Source: Odoribacter splanchnicus (GTDB lineage: Bacteria; Bacillota; Clostridia; Lachnospirales; Lachnospiraceae). Taken from it: DNA of 60,134 nucleotides. The notes below the pieces were generated by a model that was given only the letters and a program-made list of their open reading frames with translations, was not told the origin of the DNA and did no database searches. Position 1 is the stretch's first letter. The number at the start of each line of letters is the position of its first letter. Of this stretch, positions 56,888-60,134 are shown piece by piece. The stretch covers positions 1 through 60,134 of the forward strand of contig CAVFMG010000001.1 of assembly GCA_963623435.1 (NCBI GenBank). Direction: 5' to 3'. The translations under genes and the position numbers were made by a program.

Positions 56888-58771
56888 TTAATTTGTCATT
56901 AACAGCAGGTCTTCCAGCGTGGAAAAATCAGAGGTTCCCTGCTCCAGATAAAAAGTGTGGAACTTCAGGTCGGAATAGGCATTATCCCAGTGGGCTTTTG
57001 CAGCCTCACGGAGCTTTAAGATCTCCAGATAACCGACATAGTATTTCGGATAATTACAGGGCTCTTCCGCAATGTACGTATAGATCGACCGGCAGGCATC
57101 CGGGGAAGTAATGCTGAATTTCCCAAGGAGTTCCGCCACCTGATCGTATCCGGCACCCTCTCCGTGGATCAGAAGATCCAACAGAGTGTACATACATAAC
57201 TGGAGGCTCCGTGTGTGCTTCTCCAGCCGGGCAGCCTGTGCGGCATCGGTCTGACCGGACTGCTCCAAAAGGTCCGCCGCATAATCATAGGAAATAAATT
57301 CCACATACAGCGCCCAGCCCTCCAGATAACCGCCGTACCAGACAAGCTTCCTCGCCGGATTTACTTCCTTATTTAAAAAGGTGCGGTTGCTGTACACCGT
57401 CTGATAGAGGTGCCCGGGGAAACCTTCGTGCGCCAGCGTGGTATAGAGCTCCAGCCCTTTCGGAGAATTGCGCCTATTTATGTAGATGACATTATTGTCG
57501 GAATCTCCTAAAGGTGTGGTCAGGTAAAAAGCCGGGGCGCTGTAGGGCTCCAGACTGGGGACCACATCCTTGACGGTTACGGAAGGCGTGGGACTACTGA
57601 CAGGGAAGTCATTTCTCATACGATTCTGCAGATCCACAAGCATTTCTTCCGGCTCGGTAAAGGGAAAATCCTCGGAAATATCCTCGGAGAGCAGGGTGAT
57701 CAGGGAAGGGGACTGGGCGGTCAGACTGCGGATGGCAGACTGTTCTCCCTGAAACTGTGTGAGCAGCATCTGTACCAGCTCTTTTTCGGAACGGGAGGAA
57801 CCGGTCTCGGAAAAACGCAGGAGGCGGTAGTAGTTTTTGCCGTCTGGCAGCAGGGCGAGGCCCTTCGGGAGGGTGTCATGGGCATCGGCGTTTCTTTCCG
57901 AAGCGACGGTGGTTTCTACGGATGCAGCGGAACCGGAGCCGGTGGAAGCTTCCAGGGAAAGCAGTCCTTCGGACAGGGCGGCATAGGCGGGCTGTACCAC
58001 CGTGGCAAGCAGCCGGTCATTTTCCGTAAAGAACGAAGCGGTCTCTTCAGAAGATAGGATTCCACGGGACTGCAATTCCGCCAGCCGGTCTTCAAAGGTA
58101 GTCTGTAAAAAATGTGTTCCCTGTGTCAGCTCTTTTGATGTGACGATGGTGTCACATTGCTTCCGGACTTTTTCCAGGGAGACATCCGGCATGAGGAATC
58201 CGGCGGCAGCTTTTTCCTGCTCGTAGAGGAGCAGAGAGGCAAAATAGTCATCCACCTGCTCTAAGAGCGCCAGGTAATCGGTCACATCCTGTTTCGTGCG
58301 GAAGGTATATTCCGCCAACAGCACGGGGAGCTGGGACTGCATGCCCGAGGAGGGAGACAGCGGCTCATTATAATAGGGAAACTGCGCCAGCGCCAGGTCA
58401 TTTTCCAGGGAACGCTTTAGGAGAGTGTAAGTGCAGGCATTCTCCGAAGTGAGTTTGTCGTAAGCAATACAACTTAGTTGTTCGAGAAGTTTGGTGCAGT
58501 GTTCCCTGCCGGCTTCGGACTGTCCGGAAGTATAGAGCGGCAATACGGGTTCGTAATCTGTGATACCGAAGGCGGCGGGATCGGCAATGGTGTAGTGCAT
58601 GTTCAGGGTACTGGCAGCCATTTCTTCCCGGAAGAGCCGGGAGGCGAACTGTTCAAAGCGCCGGTCAGCGGAAGAACAGCGGGACAAAAGAGTCATAGCA
58701 CCGGTGAGGGCGCAGAGGAGACCGATACATACAAGTAGCTGGGGAAAAGGGAGAGAAGGACGTTTTCGCAC
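56888..58771 (-). CDS. DUF885 family exported putative metallopeptidase
   Basis: Signal/anchor, APAFY..P, TLAHEGFPGHLYQ, EGWALYVE, YYVGY. Confidence 0.85.
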   Translation of the reverse strand: MRKRPSLPFPQLLVCIGLLCALTGAMTLLSRCSSADRRFEQFASRLFREEMAASTLNMHYTIADPAAFGITDYEPVLPLYTSGQSEAGREHCTKLLEQLSCIAYDKLTSENACTYTLLKRSLENDLALAQFPYYNEPLSPSSGMQSQLPVLLAEYTFRTKQDVTDYLALLEQVDDYFASLLLYEQEKAAAGFLMPDVSLEKVRKQCDTIVTSKELTQGTHFLQTTFEDRLAELQSRGILSSEETASFFTENDRLLATVVQPAYAALSEGLLSLEASTGSGSAASVETTVASERNADAHDTLPKGLALLPDGKNYYRLLRFSETGSSRSEKELVQMLLTQFQGEQSAIRSLTAQSPSLITLLSEDISEDFPFTEPEEMLVDLQNRMRNDFPVSSPTPSVTVKDVVPSLEPYSAPAFYLTTPLGDSDNNVIYINRRNSPKGLELYTTLAHEGFPGHLYQTVYSNRTFLNKEVNPARKLVWYGGYLEGWALYVEFISYDYAADLLEQSGQTDAAQAARLEKHTRSLQLCMYTLLDLLIHGEGAGYDQVAELLGKFSITSPDACRSIYTYIAEEPCNYPKYYVGYLEILKLREAAKAHWDNAYSDLKFHTFYLEQGTSDFSTLEDLLLMTN

Positions 58772-58898
58772 GATGATTACCTGGGACGGAAAGTGTTAGT
58801 AAGAGTATATGTTGGTCTCACACACGATAGACTTGATACGATTTATCTGTGGCGCAGGCGTACAAAACGCCCTTTTAGGAATCATCTGACAAAACAAG

Positions 58899-58978
58899 TT
58901 GTACGTGTACAATTATACACAAATGTATCTAAAATAGCTAAAAGCTGTATTGACTTTGTACGGTCGCCTGATTATACT
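58899..58978 (+). promoter_or_regulatory. Palindrome TTGTACGTGTACAA and sigmaA promoter of the AraR-type gene
   Basis: Palindrome 58899-58912 resembles AraR operators (TGTACGTACA core); TTGACT(58950)-17-TATACT with a TTGTACG half-site in the spacer. Confidence 0.6.
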
Positions 58979-58988
58979 GAAAGTGATT

Positions 58989-60086
58989 ATGGAGACAAAA
59001 TATCAAAACCTGATTAACTACATACAGGAGCAGATCGCGGACGGACAACTGGGTCCGGGGGAGAAGGTTCCCTCGGAGAATCAGCTTGCGGAGAGGTTCC
59101 ACATCAGCAGACAGACGGTGCGTAAGGCAATCGGCACCTTGGAGGAGGACGGACTGGTGCAGAGGATCCGGGGAAGCGGTACCTATGTCAGCTTTGACCG
59201 CCGGAAGAATCTGGAACAGCGCAACAGTATCGCCGTGGTGACCACCTATGTGGACAGCTATATTTTCCCGAAGATCCTGCAGGGGATGCAGAACACTTTG
59301 TTTGAGAGCGGCTTTTCCGTGCAGATCTATTTCACGAACAACACACTGGACCGGGAGAAAAGCATTTTAAATGACCTGTTAAAGCGGGACGATGTGGCTG
59401 GCGTGATCGTGGAAGGCACGAAGAGCGGACTGCCGAATCCTAACCTGAATCTGTATAGACATCTGATGGCGAGAAAGATACCGCTTTTATTTTTTAACAC
59501 CTATTATCCAGAGCTGGAAGCTCCCCATGTGTCCTTAAATGATGCGGACACGGCATATAAGGCGGTGCACTATCTGATCGACAAGGGACATGAGAAGATC
59601 GGAGCTATCCTGAAGCTGGACGACGGTCAGGGAAGGCAGCGTTACCTAGGGTATCTGCGTGCCATGGAAGAAGCCGGACTTATGGTGACGGATTCCCGGA
59701 TGGTGTGGATCGACACGGACGAATCGAAGCAGCTGGGCTTCTGCCTGGACCGGATCCTGAACCGGGTACAGGAATGCACTGCCCTGCTGGCGTACAACGA
59801 TCAGATTGCCTTTCAGCTGATCCGGATGCTGACGGAGCGCCATATCCGGGTGCCGGAGGATGTGTCGGTGATCAGTATCGATGATTCGGATCTGGCGAGA
59901 CACAGCGAGGTGCCCATCACTTCCCTGCCGCATCCCAAGGAGAACCTGGGGAAAAAGGCGGCGGAGACATTGCTGCAGATGATTGCAGGCAAAAAAAAGG
60001 ATCTGACCTATGAATTTGACACCCGTGTGGTAGAGCGGGAATCTGTGACGGAATATAAAAACATTCATAATAAAACAATAAAATGA
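58989..60086 (+). CDS. araR: AraR-type regulator (GntR HTH + LacI-type sensor domain)
   Basis: PSENQL..F.ISRQTVRKA..GSGTYV; YIFP.I; YNDQIA; VPEDVSVISIDDS. Confidence 0.8.
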   Translation: METKYQNLINYIQEQIADGQLGPGEKVPSENQLAERFHISRQTVRKAIGTLEEDGLVQRIRGSGTYVSFDRRKNLEQRNSIAVVTTYVDSYIFPKILQGMQNTLFESGFSVQIYFTNNTLDREKSILNDLLKRDDVAGVIVEGTKSGLPNPNLNLYRHLMARKIPLLFFNTYYPELEAPHVSLNDADTAYKAVHYLIDKGHEKIGAILKLDDGQGRQRYLGYLRAMEEAGLMVTDSRMVWIDTDESKQLGFCLDRILNRVQECTALLAYNDQIAFQLIRMLTERHIRVPEDVSVISIDDSDLARHSEVPITSLPHPKENLGKKAAETLLQMIAGKKKDLTYEFDTRVVERESVTEYKNIHNKTIK

Positions 60087-60134
60087 TGTCGGGGTCAAAA
60101 GCCCCCGACTTTGATGCCTACGGATTGCTCCGTG

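Overview
Chromosomal segment of a spore-forming Firmicute, most likely Lachnospiraceae (inferred from gene content and order). It opens with the last 65 nt of a group II intron. The housekeeping block azlCD / L,D-transpeptidase / yaaO-like decarboxylase / pyk / gmk / yaaR / holB is separated from its usual neighbours yaaT / tRNA m6A37 methyltransferase / rsmI by about 33 kb of mostly accessory DNA (8.7-41.9 kb), which also contains the T-box-regulated pheST operon. That region holds four modules. (i) An XRE-switched radical SAM/SPASM cassette with two tiny ORFs missing from the ORF track: a 27-aa Cys-containing candidate RiPP precursor (11701-11784) and a 49-aa candidate anti-repressor (9560-9709). 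(ii) A YbjN-like / zincin-YD-repeat / metallophosphoesterase / ClpX-like cluster. (iii) A vWA-PP2C-kinase (TerY-P-like) triad plus transglutaminase, a divergent sigma70-like gene and two tandem NACHT/STAND NTPases. (iv) A TetR-associated amino-acid/peptide island with an internally deleted opp operon and an Amt-PII fusion lacking both pore histidines. A fixed-spacing motif GAAAA-N14-CGTTATATAT recurs four times in the island, three of them directly in front of genes, and may be the promoter read by the island sigma factor. The right part carries cidA/lrgB, lrp-gdh, sporulation genes, an MMPL/YhgE locus with a 45-bp tandem repeat, a DUF885 protein and an AraR-type regulator. All calls come from reading motifs by eye; no database searches were run.
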